Part shown: positions 1 to 10,944 of the stretch, piece by piece
Numbering within the stretch: position 1 is the first letter of the stretch
How the letters are laid out: each line of letters starts with the position of its first letter
From: Macrostomum lignano
Taxonomy: Eukaryota
Direction of reading: 5' to 3'
Assembly: GCA_002269645.1 (NCBI GenBank)
Contig: NIVC01003962.1
Span: forward strand, 3,487 to 67,486
Length of the DNA stretch: 64,000 nucleotides
Program-made: the position numbers and the translations under genes
The notes under the pieces: model-generated
Told to the model about the DNA's origin: nothing
Database searches by the model: none
What the model saw: the letters and a program-made list of their open reading frames with translations, nothing else

Positions 1-2209
1 TCACCGGACGTCGAACTGAACCCTCCCTCTCAGCTTGCATGATGAAGCTCCTGCTCTGCTGGGAGGCGCTGGCCGTTGGCAGGGCGCAGCAGTTGCCGCG
101 GTCGAACAGCTGCTTGTACTTGAGCACCTCGCTGGCTGGCAGCTCTCCGTCCTCCATGGTTTGCTGCAGCATGGCGAACTTCGACTTGCCGTCCTTCTCA
201 TGCCGCGTCACCTCCTTCGGCTTCGTGGCCATCAGGTAGGCGAGCTCGACGAACTCGAAGAAGGTGAGCAGCGAGACGCCGGCGTAGAGGCCGAAGATGC
301 CGCCGATCTCCGACAGCGCCTCGGCGAACGAGTAGCTCTCGACCTCTTCGTTGAGCGTTCCCGTCGGGCTGTCGGCGTGGATGGCCACCTTGAGGAAGCT
401 CTTGCGAATGAGGAACTCGTCCACGGTCCAGTTGAACGACTTGATAGTCTTTGAGCCGATCGCCTGCTCGGGCGTCGTCCCGACGATGTCGCGGATCGGG
501 TAGACTCTCGTGTTCTTCAGGATGCTGTTGTAGGACCGGTTGCCGACGCTCTCGTGCAGGAAGGCGGGAATCACGTACTGGTCGACGAGGAACATGATGT
601 CGCGCTGGCTGGGCCACGCTGAGCTGCCCATCTTCACGTCGTATTCGTCGCCAGTGCACGGCTGGAAGCGCTGCGAGTCGCTGAAGTAGGTGAGGATGTT
701 CTTCTTCAGCTGGTTCTGGTAGACTCTGTCGTGGCAGTGGACTCGCTCGAGAGTGCGTCGGATCTCCACTGGGTCCGTGCCGTTTCTGCAAAAGTAGCAC
801 AGCTTCGAGTTGAAGTGCGAGAACGGGACCACGTGGGTGTAGCAGCTGCAGCTCGACCAGAACAGGTCCTGGACTCGAGTCACTACGTAGTCGAGTCGAT
901 CGCGCTTGAACTTCTTGAAGTTCGGTGGCGGTCTCTTGGTGGTGTACCTCACATCGACGCCAGGGTAGTAGGAAACGTACTCCACCTCCTCATCGGCGGC
1001 GTCCTCGGAGGTTTCTCGGCACGGGAAATCCGGCCGGTTCTTGGAAATCTTGCGCTCCATTGAGAAGACGACTTTGGAGTAGTCTCCGTTGCCAACGATC
1101 ACGCTGTTCATGTCCATGTGGGGGTAAGTTCCTTTCTCGTGGAGAATGACCCGAATTCCATCGGGCTCCATTTTATCGCCTGCCAGCAGCTGGTTCAGAG
1201 ACAGATTGTAGTTCACCAGGTAGCGCTCTAAATAGTTTGACTTATCACCGTTTGAACTGTCTTTACCGTTATTTTCCTCATCGTAGAAGCCCTTTGTCGT
1301 TGTCAATGCGTTACTAGCGTGAATATTTCTGAGGTGTGAATTGGTGTACATGATGAGGTTCAAGCCCTCGTCTTCGTTGCCGCTGTACACGCGCCTGTCT
1401 TCCTCCTCCTCTCCGTCGAATTTTGGCGTGAATGTGTAGCAGTTCCAGTAGTCGATGTTTTGAACCATTTTGAACTGCTTGTTAGAGCAGGGACGACTTT
1501 TATACCTGCAGTAGACTAGAAATAGGTCGTCGTCGTGAGCCAGGTCTCTTGTGTCCTCGGATGCCCAGAAAATTTGAAAGAACTTCCTGGCCATTTTAAA
1601 TCTATCCTTGGTGCTGTTGTCCATTCCGGCTGAGGCTTTGATGAAGCCGCGAAAGAATCTCCAGTATTTTCTAATGTGACCCCTGATCTCACCGGCTCCG
1701 TGGTTCTGCACCGACTCCGAGATCGGGTACATGTTGCAGAGGGTCACGTCTGGAAAATTCACGTGGACTCCACCGTTTAGAATGACGGAATTAACTGGAG
1801 TTTCGTTGTAGTTGGCCACAATGAAGTAGATGTGAATGCCGCAGGCAAAGCATCCAACGATAGTGATGAGGAGCCAAAATAACTTTCGTCTGACATCTGT
1901 GGACTGGTACATGTGGCCCAGGCCGTGTACCGTGGTTCGATGCCCGTAGTCGTTGAACTCGCTGATCAACAACTTGACTGTTTCAGAGGATTTTTTCTTC
2001 TTTCGCTGGTCCATACGCGCCTGCTGAGGTCGATAGGCAGCAGGTTGTGCAGCTGGTTGTTGCTGCTGTATGATGCCTTCTTGTGGTTGCTGAGCCGTCG
2101 ATTGGGGCGAAATCTGCGACGCCTGCTGCGAGGCTTGCTGCGATCTGTGATCGCTTGCTTCTTCAGCATTGCTGCTGTTTCCATCAGGCATGATCGGCTG
2201 CAGTATCAT
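1..2209 (-). CDS. DEG/ENaC (amiloride-sensitive sodium channel / ASIC-like) subunit; intronless in this window, C-terminus runs off the window edge (>=736 aa)
   Basis: Manual translation from ATG 2209 (in-frame stop just upstream); no stop seen to the window edge. Motifs: TTVHG pre-TM1, TM1 (LFWLLITIVGCFACGIHIYFIV), FPDVTLCN, NCYTF, GLNLIM, GIRVILH, TM2 LSEIGGIFGLYAGVSLLTFFEFVEL. Q-rich N-terminus. Confidence 0.93.
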   Translation of the reverse strand, partial: MILQPIMPDGNSSNAEEASDHRSQQASQQASQISPQSTAQQPQEGIIQQQQPAAQPAAYRPQQARMDQRKKKKSSETVKLLISEFNDYGHRTTVHGLGHMYQSTDVRRKLFWLLITIVGCFACGIHIYFIVANYNETPVNSVILNGGVHVNFPDVTLCNMYPISESVQNHGAGEIRGHIRKYWRFFRGFIKASAGMDNSTKDRFKMARKFFQIFWASEDTRDLAHDDDLFLVYCRYKSRPCSNKQFKMVQNIDYWNCYTFTPKFDGEEEEDRRVYSGNEDEGLNLIMYTNSHLRNIHASNALTTTKGFYDEENNGKDSSNGDKSNYLERYLVNYNLSLNQLLAGDKMEPDGIRVILHEKGTYPHMDMNSVIVGNGDYSKVVFSMERKISKNRPDFPCRETSEDAADEEVEYVSYYPGVDVRYTTKRPPPNFKKFKRDRLDYVVTRVQDLFWSSCSCYTHVVPFSHFNSKLCYFCRNGTDPVEIRRTLERVHCHDRVYQNQLKKNILTYFSDSQRFQPCTGDEYDVKMGSSAWPSQRDIMFLVDQYVIPAFLHESVGNRSYNSILKNTRVYPIRDIVGTTPEQAIGSKTIKSFNWTVDEFLIRKSFLKVAIHADSPTGTLNEEVESYSFAEALSEIGGIFGLYAGVSLLTFFEFVELAYLMATKPKEVTRHEKDGKSKFAMLQQTMEDGELPASEVLKYKQLFDRGNCCALPTASASQQSRSFIMQAEREGSVRRPV

Positions 2210-4645
2210 GTCCGCAGTCTTTTCTTACAATCCGATTGACAGACTGCAAAACTGAGAAACGGTTTTGGTTTATTTATCTCGCGCAACGCGATGGATGCAG
2301 TCGAGGGTGATGCAAGAACTGTGCGAACAGTTATTTCGCCAGGGTTCCCGGTTGAAAACAACGTCGATAGAGTCGGAGGGAAAGAGGGGCTGAAGGCCAG
2401 TATGTTGGTACGATGCCTCGTGTTCATTGGTAGCCGGCAGAATCGTTCGGGGCTGAGGATGTTCAGGATTGAAAGGTTTTAGAAGTTTTTTACCTTCGGC
2501 GCGTACATCGGCGTGACGCATCTGTGCACGCAGCTTACTACTAGTTACGGTTCCGAACGCTGCATACATGTAGTAGCTTTTATCGGAAGATCGGTGTACG
2601 AAAAATACATTCGCTAGTACGCTAGTGCAGTCGATGCTGCGGAAAAGTCAATGCCGCATCTACCTTGAAGTAGTCAAGTTTACAGGTTTGTCCTAGTCAA
2701 TTCACAGGTACGTATTATCAAAGCTATTAAATAAGCCAGCCGATCTCTATACCGATACGTGTTAAGCTGTATAAACACGGATTACGCAAAACTTGACGTT
2801 ATTTGATGGCGTACGTGCATAATATATCACCTCTAAATGAGGTTACCTTTGCGTGTTTTTGGCTGGAGTGATTTGATGGCGAGGTGAACGAGTACTAAAA
2901 GATATATTTAAAAAACGACCTTTCACTGTACATGTTTCTCATACACTTTGGGCTGCAATCGGAGAAAGGGATGTACAAGGTTATAACCACGATTCTGAAT
3001 TTTTTAGGAACCCAAACTTGGATCCTTATAAACACCAGACATCAGAAGCGCAATAGCCAGGATTTGTATGAGGCGCCATCGAGAACGCCCGCACCAGAGG
3101 CTCCATTGTGAGTGCCAGCACCAAAAGGTGCCGCAGCTGATGTGAAGGGGTACTTTACTCAAAGTCCACTATTTTAGTAGGACCATAGGACCATGGAGAC
3201 AGGCGTACTTATGGCTTGCTCAAAAAGCTCGCAAGCTGACCTAGTTATTCTAGTATCTGTGGCTAATACCCAGACGGTTGCCAAACTTTTCTTCTGCAGA
3301 GAAGGAGTTACGCTCGAATAAGTGGGACTTTGCAACTTTGCAATCAATCCTAAGAGTGACCATAAAATCGTTTGAGAAGCTGTCTTTTGCGTAAAGTTAT
3401 AAGAGATCGTAAACTAAGTTGCGTTGAGCAAGCCATAAGTGCGGCTTCCCTAATCCCTATCCGACGCCCAAGGTCCGACGTAAGTAGTTTTCGTAAAAGA
3501 CCTCCTGGCTACGCGCCTCTACAGAACACCCCGACCAGAAACAATTACACTGTAAATACAGTACGTGGATGCAACATTAATATGCGTGTCGCTACTTAAC
3601 ATATACACGTATATGTAGCTACAATCGCGCCGTCCTTGACATGCCTACATCAACCTCGTCATGCATACTAAAAAGAAAACTTTTACTTCTTGCTAGAATA
3701 ACACAGTTAGACGTGTACATGCGCACGCATCTGCAGTAGAAATGGGAATCTGCAGCATCATTGTGAGAAAAAACAGGAAAAGGCCTCCCCTGTCCGGGCT
3801 CGATGGAACGAAAATGTCAGTCTAATTACTGAATGAACTGGGGCGCTTCCAACAGGCTATCTGTAAGCCCACGCGTACATGTATATAAGCCCCGGGGATT
3901 CTAAAACATACATGCACATATAGAAGCTACACGTCAAGAGGAAAATGGAGAGGGCTCTTCCAACTGTTAGTGCGGCTATATTGCCCATGATATTCTAGGT
4001 GCCGCGTGGCTTGCAGACCAGCTTCACCAACAACATCGGTGCTTGGATCTGTTCGGGAGGAAAACTGAGATAAAAAAGGAAAAATCTCTTTCCGATAAAT
4101 TCGCTTCCTACTGCCCGACAACCAGTCATTCAGCATGAGCCTAGATCTAGAGGATCAGGGACCAGTGAGGATTGCCATGCCATGCCTAAAGCTATTTTCT
4201 GGTGTGGAAAATTAACTTTGCACTTTAATATTGTGCAACTGCCGGCAATATTAATTGTCACGGTATAAATATATTATAGGACCCGTATTTCAGCAAGTCA
4301 AGGATGTTTATATAAAAAAAGGAGACAGCAGACACAAGCAGGCCATTGTAAACTTTGCTTGTAGCAAACTGTTTTCCTCCAGAAAGCAGACGACGTTCTG
4401 CAGCAGACAGACTTTTCCTAGCTAATGTGTGCTCCGTGTGTATTTTTACTGCATAGAATATACATGCACATTTCACTGTGTGCACCACACTGCAGCACAA
4501 CGGCCAGGTAATAAAAATTGCATCTGATGCATAAGGTTAGCGATGCATCAGACATCAAATATTTCTGCATCTAACAGGAAAAAAATTCCCAAGAAAAATA
4601 TAATCAACCAATTCATATCAGTTTATAAGTACACATTAACGAGTT

Positions 4646-7600
4646 TTAGTCCAAGAACACTAAAAGAAGTTTTGCCGCACTTAAAGCATCAAATGTTAGC
4701 GGCAAATTTAAGAGTTCTTGAATTCCTTCGCAGCGATCTTTAGGAAGACAGGCAGCCACTTGGTTAGTTGAATCACTGATCAGCTCGTTGAGAAGATCGC
4801 TAGCGACAACCAGATCGTGAGCGACTAGCCAATTTTGGACAACTTTGGTATCTTTAGCTTTACCAATCCATTGATTTAAGCGACGTCGAAAAATGAACGA
4901 TAGAAGGTCAAACCACTTTGGAATGTTCAGACCGCTGTGCGCCAGCAGTAGTGACTGTAATAAAAGTTAATTGGATCAGTGGTAATAATGATCATATTCG
5001 CAGAAGAGCTGTAGGCACCCTTGGCCTAACGCCTTCGGCGACATCATCCTACAACCAGCGTCAACGTTATTTCTGAACATTCCGTTCACTTCTTGAGCAC
5101 ACACAAGCGCGCCAATACTGTACACATTAACCAGTCAGGCTCATTGGGAAATAGCTGAGATGTCAAGACTTATGAAGAGATTGCTGAACTGCTGTGGCTC
5201 ATGGTGGGGAGTTGCTGAGATGCCAAGAGTCAATTGGGAGTTGTTGGTAGGTTACACATTAATTTCCTTAGAATGCTAACGATAGCGACTGTAAAAGATC
5301 AAAAGCCGCATGTATAGTTTATCCCAAAAACGTGCTAGTTTTCCACTAGAAAGCAACACACCTGAGCGGCCTCATCAAAGCCAGGCGTATCTCGAACGTC
5401 GCTCAGGGATTGTAAAACGTCAGTTAAATCCATCAACAATCGGTCATGACAATGTCGAGCATTGCAAGCGTTGAACCAATTGTGATTGATGCTGATGCAG
5501 GCTTCCAAATTGGCCACTTGATGATGCCAGCCAGATGGGACAAACAGAACGTCTCCTGGCTCTTGTAGCAACCGGATCCCGGATAGACTTGAGAGCGTTT
5601 CACTGCTGCATTCTCCCAGATCCCAGGGCAAACGGTTTCTACAGAGCAGCTTTTTCTCTTGACCTGGCGGTAGCAGAATCCACAGCTTCCTGCCTGCAAT
5701 GTTGGCCGACCAACTGTAGGAACCGAACACGTCGCAGTGAAATGGCGTCCTGAAGTATTTGAGTCGGAATTGTTTCTCCAAGTTAATCGATAACTCATTT
5801 CCCATATCAGTTAATATGATACTTCGTAAGGATTTGAGAGCAATTTACTAAAATAAAAAAATTCTTCTTCACAAGATTTGAATCTCAATGTGGTTTGATA
5901 AAAATTTCAGAATCTTCGTTCTTTAAGTGATTCTCAAGAGTGCTCAGTTTTGATTCTCAAGTCCTCAAGAGAGTGCTCAAGAGTGATTCTCAAGAGTGCT
6001 TAATAGAGATTTTTAAAAGTGCTCAATAGCGATTCTCTAGAATGCTCAATAGTGGTTTCAAGAGTGCTTAATAGTGGTTTCAAGAGTGCTCAATAGTGAT
6101 TTCAAGAGTGCTCAATAGAGATTCTCAAGAGTGCTCAATAGAGATTCTCAAGAGTGTTCAATAGTGATTCTCTGGTGTGATAAACAGTGATTATGAAGAG
6201 AGATTATTCACGTTTCAATATGCTTTTTTGATGCTTCAAAATTACAGTAGGAACGGATCGACAAATGCATTATTTGGTTTTCGAAGAATTAGAAAAAGAA
6301 CGATTTTTTATGATTTTAAAACAACCAACAAGTCAAACTCGGTCTCACCAAGAGTGCTGAGGTCCCAGGTACACAAACCGATAGTCGCTATCAGTCTGGT
6401 CTAGACAATATTCATTCAGCCAATCAGATGTGAAACAGTCTGGCACTGTGTATGCGTGATAATCTGGATATAGCAATTGAAAATGCCAATCCTTCAAATA
6501 CAGAATTTGATTATGCTTTGCAGTTGCTTCTCCGAACTGCGAACTACTAATAGCCGACCAATATTCGCCAAAATAATCACTGGCCGACATGCGAATCACT
6601 GGGTGACTGTCGCATTCTTCTCGATTGCACTGCGACACGGGCAGATCTCGGCTGTCTGAAGTTCCAATTGAAACAGTTAAGATTTTTTAAAGATTTCGAA
6701 AGATCTCAAAGATCTCTAGATGCGCGGCGCATTGAAGGCTGCGTACGGCTGTTCAGTCCAAGGACTGCTGGGGGTCGCCACACAGCCTCAATTACCCCAG
6801 CTAATGCTGGCACCCATTTTACAGCTGGGTGAACTGAAGCAATGCAGAGTTAAGTGTCCTACTTAAGGACACAAATTTTTTCGAGTGGATCGCGAAACCG
6901 TGAGTCCGATGCTAATAGGACTAATAGGACAAGAATCACTCGCACACAGGGGCGTCGCCATGGATTTTATGGTGGGGGGACAAAGCCAATAATTATACAT
7001 GTACATGACTAAATTCTTGTATATGTACATTATTTTCAGAATCGGTGTTGTAGGCACTCATTTTAGCGCCGCAGGCACTCATTTTAGCGCCGCAGGCACT
7101 CATTTTAGCGCCGCAGGCACTCATTTTAGCGTCGCAGGCACTTATTTTAGCGTCGCAGGCACTCATTTTAGCGCCGCAGGCACTCATTTTAGCGTCGCAG
7201 GCACTCATTTTAGCGTCGCAGGCACTCATTTTAGCGCCGCAGGCACTCATTTTAGCGCCGCAGGCACTCATTTTAGCGTCGCAGGCACTCATTTTAGCGT
7301 CGCAGGCACTCATTTTAGCGTCGCAGGCACTCATTTTAGCGCCGCAGGCACTCATTTTAGCGCCGCAGGCACTCATTTTAGCGTCGCAGGCACTCATTTT
7401 AGCGTCGCAGGCACTCATTTTAGCGTCGCAGGCACTCATTTTAGCGCCGCAGGCACTCATTTTAGCGCCGCAGGCACTCATTTTAGCGCCGCAGGCACTC
7501 ATTTTAGCGTCGCAGGCACTCATTTTAGCGTCGCAGGCACTCATTTTAGCGTCGCAGGCACTCATTTTAGCGCCGCAGGCACTCATTTTAGCGCCGCAGG

Positions 7601-9598
7601 CACTCATTTTAGCGTCGCAGGCACTCATTTTAGCGTCGCAGGCACTCATTTTAGCGTCGCAGGCACTCATTTTAGCGCCGCAGGCACTCATTTTAGCGCC
7701 GCAGGCACTCATTTTAGCGCCGCAGGCACTCATTTTAGCGCCACAGGCACTCATTTTAGCGCCGCAGGCACTCATTTTAGCGCCGCAGGCACTCATTTTA
7801 GCGCCGCAGGCACTCATTTTAGCGCCGCAGGCACTCATTTTAGCGTCGCAGGCACTCATTTTAGCGTCGCAGGCACTCATTTTAGCGTCGCAGGCACTCA
7901 TTTTAGCGCCACAGGCACTCATTTTAGCGTCGCAGGCACTCATTTTAGCGTCGCAGGCACTCATTTTAGCGCCACAGGCACTCATTTTAGCGCCGCAGGC
8001 ACTCATTTTGGCGCCACAGGCACTCATTTTAGCGTCGCAGGCACTCATTTTAGCGCCACAGGCACTCATTTTAGCGCCGCAGGCACTCATTTTGGCGCCA
8101 CAGGCACTCATTTTAGAACCGCAGGCACTCATTTTAGCGCCGCAGGCACTCATTTTAGCGCCGCAGGCACTCATTTTGGCGCCACAGGCACTCATTTTAG
8201 CGCCGCAGGCACTCATTTTAGTGCCGCAGGCACTCATTTTAGCGTCGCAGGCACTCATTTTAGCGTCGCAGGCACTCATTTTAGCGCCGCAGGCACTCAT
8301 TTTAGCGCCGCAGGCACTCATTTTAGCGCCGCAGGCACTCATTTTAGCGCCGCAGGCACTCATTTTAGCGTCGCAGGCACTCATTTTAGCGTCGCAGGCA
8401 CTCATTTTAGCGCCGCAGGCACTCATTTTGGCGCCACAGGCACTCATTTTAGCGCCGCAGGCACTCATTTTAGTGCCGCAGGCACTCATTTTAGCGTCGC
8501 AGGCACTCATTTTAGCGTCGCAGGCACTCATTTTAGCGCCGCAGGCACTCATTTTAGCGCCGCAGGCACTCATTTTAGCGTCGCAGGCACTCATTTTAGC
8601 GTCGCAGGCACTCATTTTAGCGTCGCAGGCACTCATTTTAGCGCCGCAGGCACTCATTTTAGCGCCGCAGGCACTCATTTTAGCGCCGCAGGCACTCATT
8701 TTAGCGTCGCAGGCACTCATTTTAGCGCCGCAGGCACTCATTTTAGCGCCGCAGGCACTCATTTTAGCGTCGCAGGCACTCATTTTAGCGTCGCAGGCAC
8801 TCATTTTAGCGTCGCAGGCACTCATTTTAGCGCCGCAGGCACTCATTTTAGCGTCGCAGGCACTCATTTTGGCGCCACAGGCACTCATTTTAGCGCCGCA
8901 GGCACTCATTTTGGCGCCACAGGCACTCATTTTGGCGCCGCAGGCACCCATTTTGGCGCCACAGGCACTCTGTTTTGTCGCCCTGCAGCAAAATTATTGA
9001 TTTCCATAACGGGTCACAAGGTGGGGTTGGGAAGAATTGGCAATTTGGAAGGGGACATGTCCCCCCTGTCCCCCTCCCATTGGCGACGCTTCTCGCACAC
9101 CCAAAGACGCAGTCACCACAATATATCAGATATATCTGAAGGTACCTAAAATCATGTCATAGAGCCATACATTTTTCAGTCATAGTCCTGCAATGTAGTT
9201 TTAAACAAGCCAAACTTTACCTTTGCACAGACGCCACAGGAAGCCGTAATTCACTGAGCCATCCGAGTTAATCCAGTCAGTTCGAGCTGGCCAACCGGTC
9301 GTGGCAAAACGTTTTAACAAAACCGGTTGATTTGCGTGTAAATATCTGCAGTGAATCAGCAGTTTATATACGAAGTTCTTTAGTTAGTCAAAAATGGTTT
9401 AAGGGGGTGTAGTTACATGTACAAAGAGCAATGGACAGTGATTATTTCTACCTTTCTACCCTTTCAATTGCATAAAAAAGCATCTACAAACCTGCGATAA
9501 ATCTCCTTCGGATCACACTCCTCAGTTAAAACCGTCACGGGCAGTTTCTCTCCGAGTTGTAGTTTCTCAAACCTCGCAACTCGATCGGCAGAATCCAT
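4646..9598 (-). CDS. JMJD4: JmjC-domain 2-oxoglutarate oxygenase, JMJD4-like; 5 exons: 9598-9492, 9345-9221, 6655-6349, 5749-5362, 4954-4646 (411 aa)
   Basis: All introns GT-AG with matching phases; 1236 nt CDS. Motifs YLKDWHF, YRFVYLGP..SWTPFHCDVFGSYSWSANIAGRKLW, VLFVPSGWHHQVANLEACISINHNWFN; HxD...H metal ligands intact. Confidence 0.9.
5925..6172. repeat. Degenerate ~22-23 bp tandem repeat (CTCAAGAGTGCTCAATAGTGATT) in JMJD4 intron 3
   Basis: About 10 visible degenerate copies. Confidence 0.8.
6727..6915 (-). mobile_element. CORE-like SINE, copy A (partial)
   Basis: Near-identical to 39405-39545. The reverse complement contains GTGTCC..AAGTAGGACACTTAACTCTGCATTGCTTCAGTTCACCCAGCTGTAAAATGGGTGCC, resembling the MIR/CORE domain. 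Confidence 0.7.
6948..9091. mobile_element. Non-autonomous TIR element carrying an internal minisatellite, flanked by the 9-bp direct repeat CTCGCACAC
   Basis: Left end AGGGGCGTCGCCA, right end TGGCGACGCTT (9-bp perfect inverted core GCGTCGCCA). CTCGCACAC occurs at 6939-6947 and 9092-9100. Confidence 0.7.
7052..8970. repeat. 21-bp minisatellite (GCAGGCACTCATTTTAGCGCC), ~90 copies, JMJD4 intron 2
   Basis: Directly visible; variants are mostly transitions (CGCCGC/CGTCGC/CGCCAC). Confidence 0.97.
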
Positions 9599-10194
9599 CT
9601 CATTAAAATATGATTGTGTTTTGTTATTGAATTTCAACTTCTTGTAGTCGTCTCTGAAATAAGATGTACTTTTAAGCTTCTGAAAGTCATACAGACCGAA
9701 CGCGTAATCAATTCAACTTTTTTCCTAGTTTGAAATAGTTAAGCTACAGAACAGCCGACGATGTGCCTGTGTCCCCATAATGAAGACTTTTAAAAAAGAA
9801 ACTTTAATGTCAAAACCTTCTAGCCTAGGAAAAACTAATTGCATACCAATACAGACGTACAAAGGATGTGAGAGTTAAAACTCTTTGAACTTCTCTCAAT
9901 ATTCGCGGTGTCCAGCGTTAAAAGGTTCTGCAAATACGTATTTCCGTATATATATATACCTGTGTAAGCATTTTTAAGTGAATTTTGCAAATCGGCTTTA
10001 CTTTTAAGACGATATCCCTAACAGTATTTAACCTATGCAGGAATGTTCACTGTCGACACTCAAAAACCTAACCAAGGACGTTTCGCTTACACCAGCTCGA
10101 AAGTTCACATTTACGAAATCGTGAAAATTTGTGAGCTAGCGGAAATGACTATGTAGCAACACGTTTCGGTGATGTGAAATTTGGAGCTTTTGAC

Positions 10195-10460
10195 ATCTCG
10201 AGCTTATGAAGTCTCGAGCTCATGAAGTCTCGAGCTTGTGAAGTCTCGAGCTTGTGAAGTCTCGAGCTTGTGAAGTCTCGAGCTTGTGAAGTCTCGAGCT
10301 TGTGAAGTCTCGAGCTTGTGAAGTCTCGAGCTTGTGAAGTCTCGAGCTTGTGAAGTCTCGAGTTTGTGAAGTCTCGAGCTTGTGAAGTCTCGAGCTTGTG
10401 AAGTCTCGAGCTTGTGAAGTCTCGAGCTTGTGAAGTCTCGAGCTTGTGAAGTCTCGAGCT
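10195..10460. repeat. 16-bp minisatellite (TGTGAAGTCTCGAGCT), ~16 copies, intergenic
   Basis: Directly visible. Confidence 0.95.
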
Positions 10461-10944
10461 TACAATATGAAACGCCCACTATTCAAGGATCACTAGGAAG
10501 TCTCATAATCCGAGCCAGAACACCAGATACTAAGACCGTACACCCGGCATCATATCCTGATCAACCTCTTTTTTAAGATTAAATTAAGATCGCAGATTAA
10601 ATTTTAGTAAAACACTTTCAGAAAACCAAAAAGTGATTGCTTTACCTATGGCAGTTTTGGCCAATAAAAAACCAACATATATTTTTATTTAACATTGAAT
10701 CGAAAATAAATTTAGAACAGACAATCGAAATAAGTATGCAAATAAAATATAATTAAAAGAGCTAACTGTGTACCAGATAAGAGACAATCAAGGAACTGAA
10801 AAAGCGCAATACAAGTTAAAACAAAAAAATCTACATTTCATGGCGCACAAAATGATACATCAAAATAGAAAAACTCTATTGAATAAAATAGTGCTAAAAT
10901 AGGGCTATAGTACTCATAGTAAAGCAGCAAAGTTAAAAGGATGT

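Noticed and set aside
35-1149. Several 66-200-aa ORFs overlapping the channel gene
   Set aside because: Shadow frames of a GC-rich CDS; the DEG/ENaC frame explains the sequence.
3000-3400. GC-richer patch upstream of the channel gene
   Set aside because: No recognisable ORF, splice structure or repeat partner in this window.
6993-9149. 652-, 716- and 330-aa repeat ORFs (AAGTHFS)n, (SACGAKM)n
   Set aside because: Translations of a stop-free 21-bp minisatellite inside JMJD4 intron 2; open on both strands with no unique domain.
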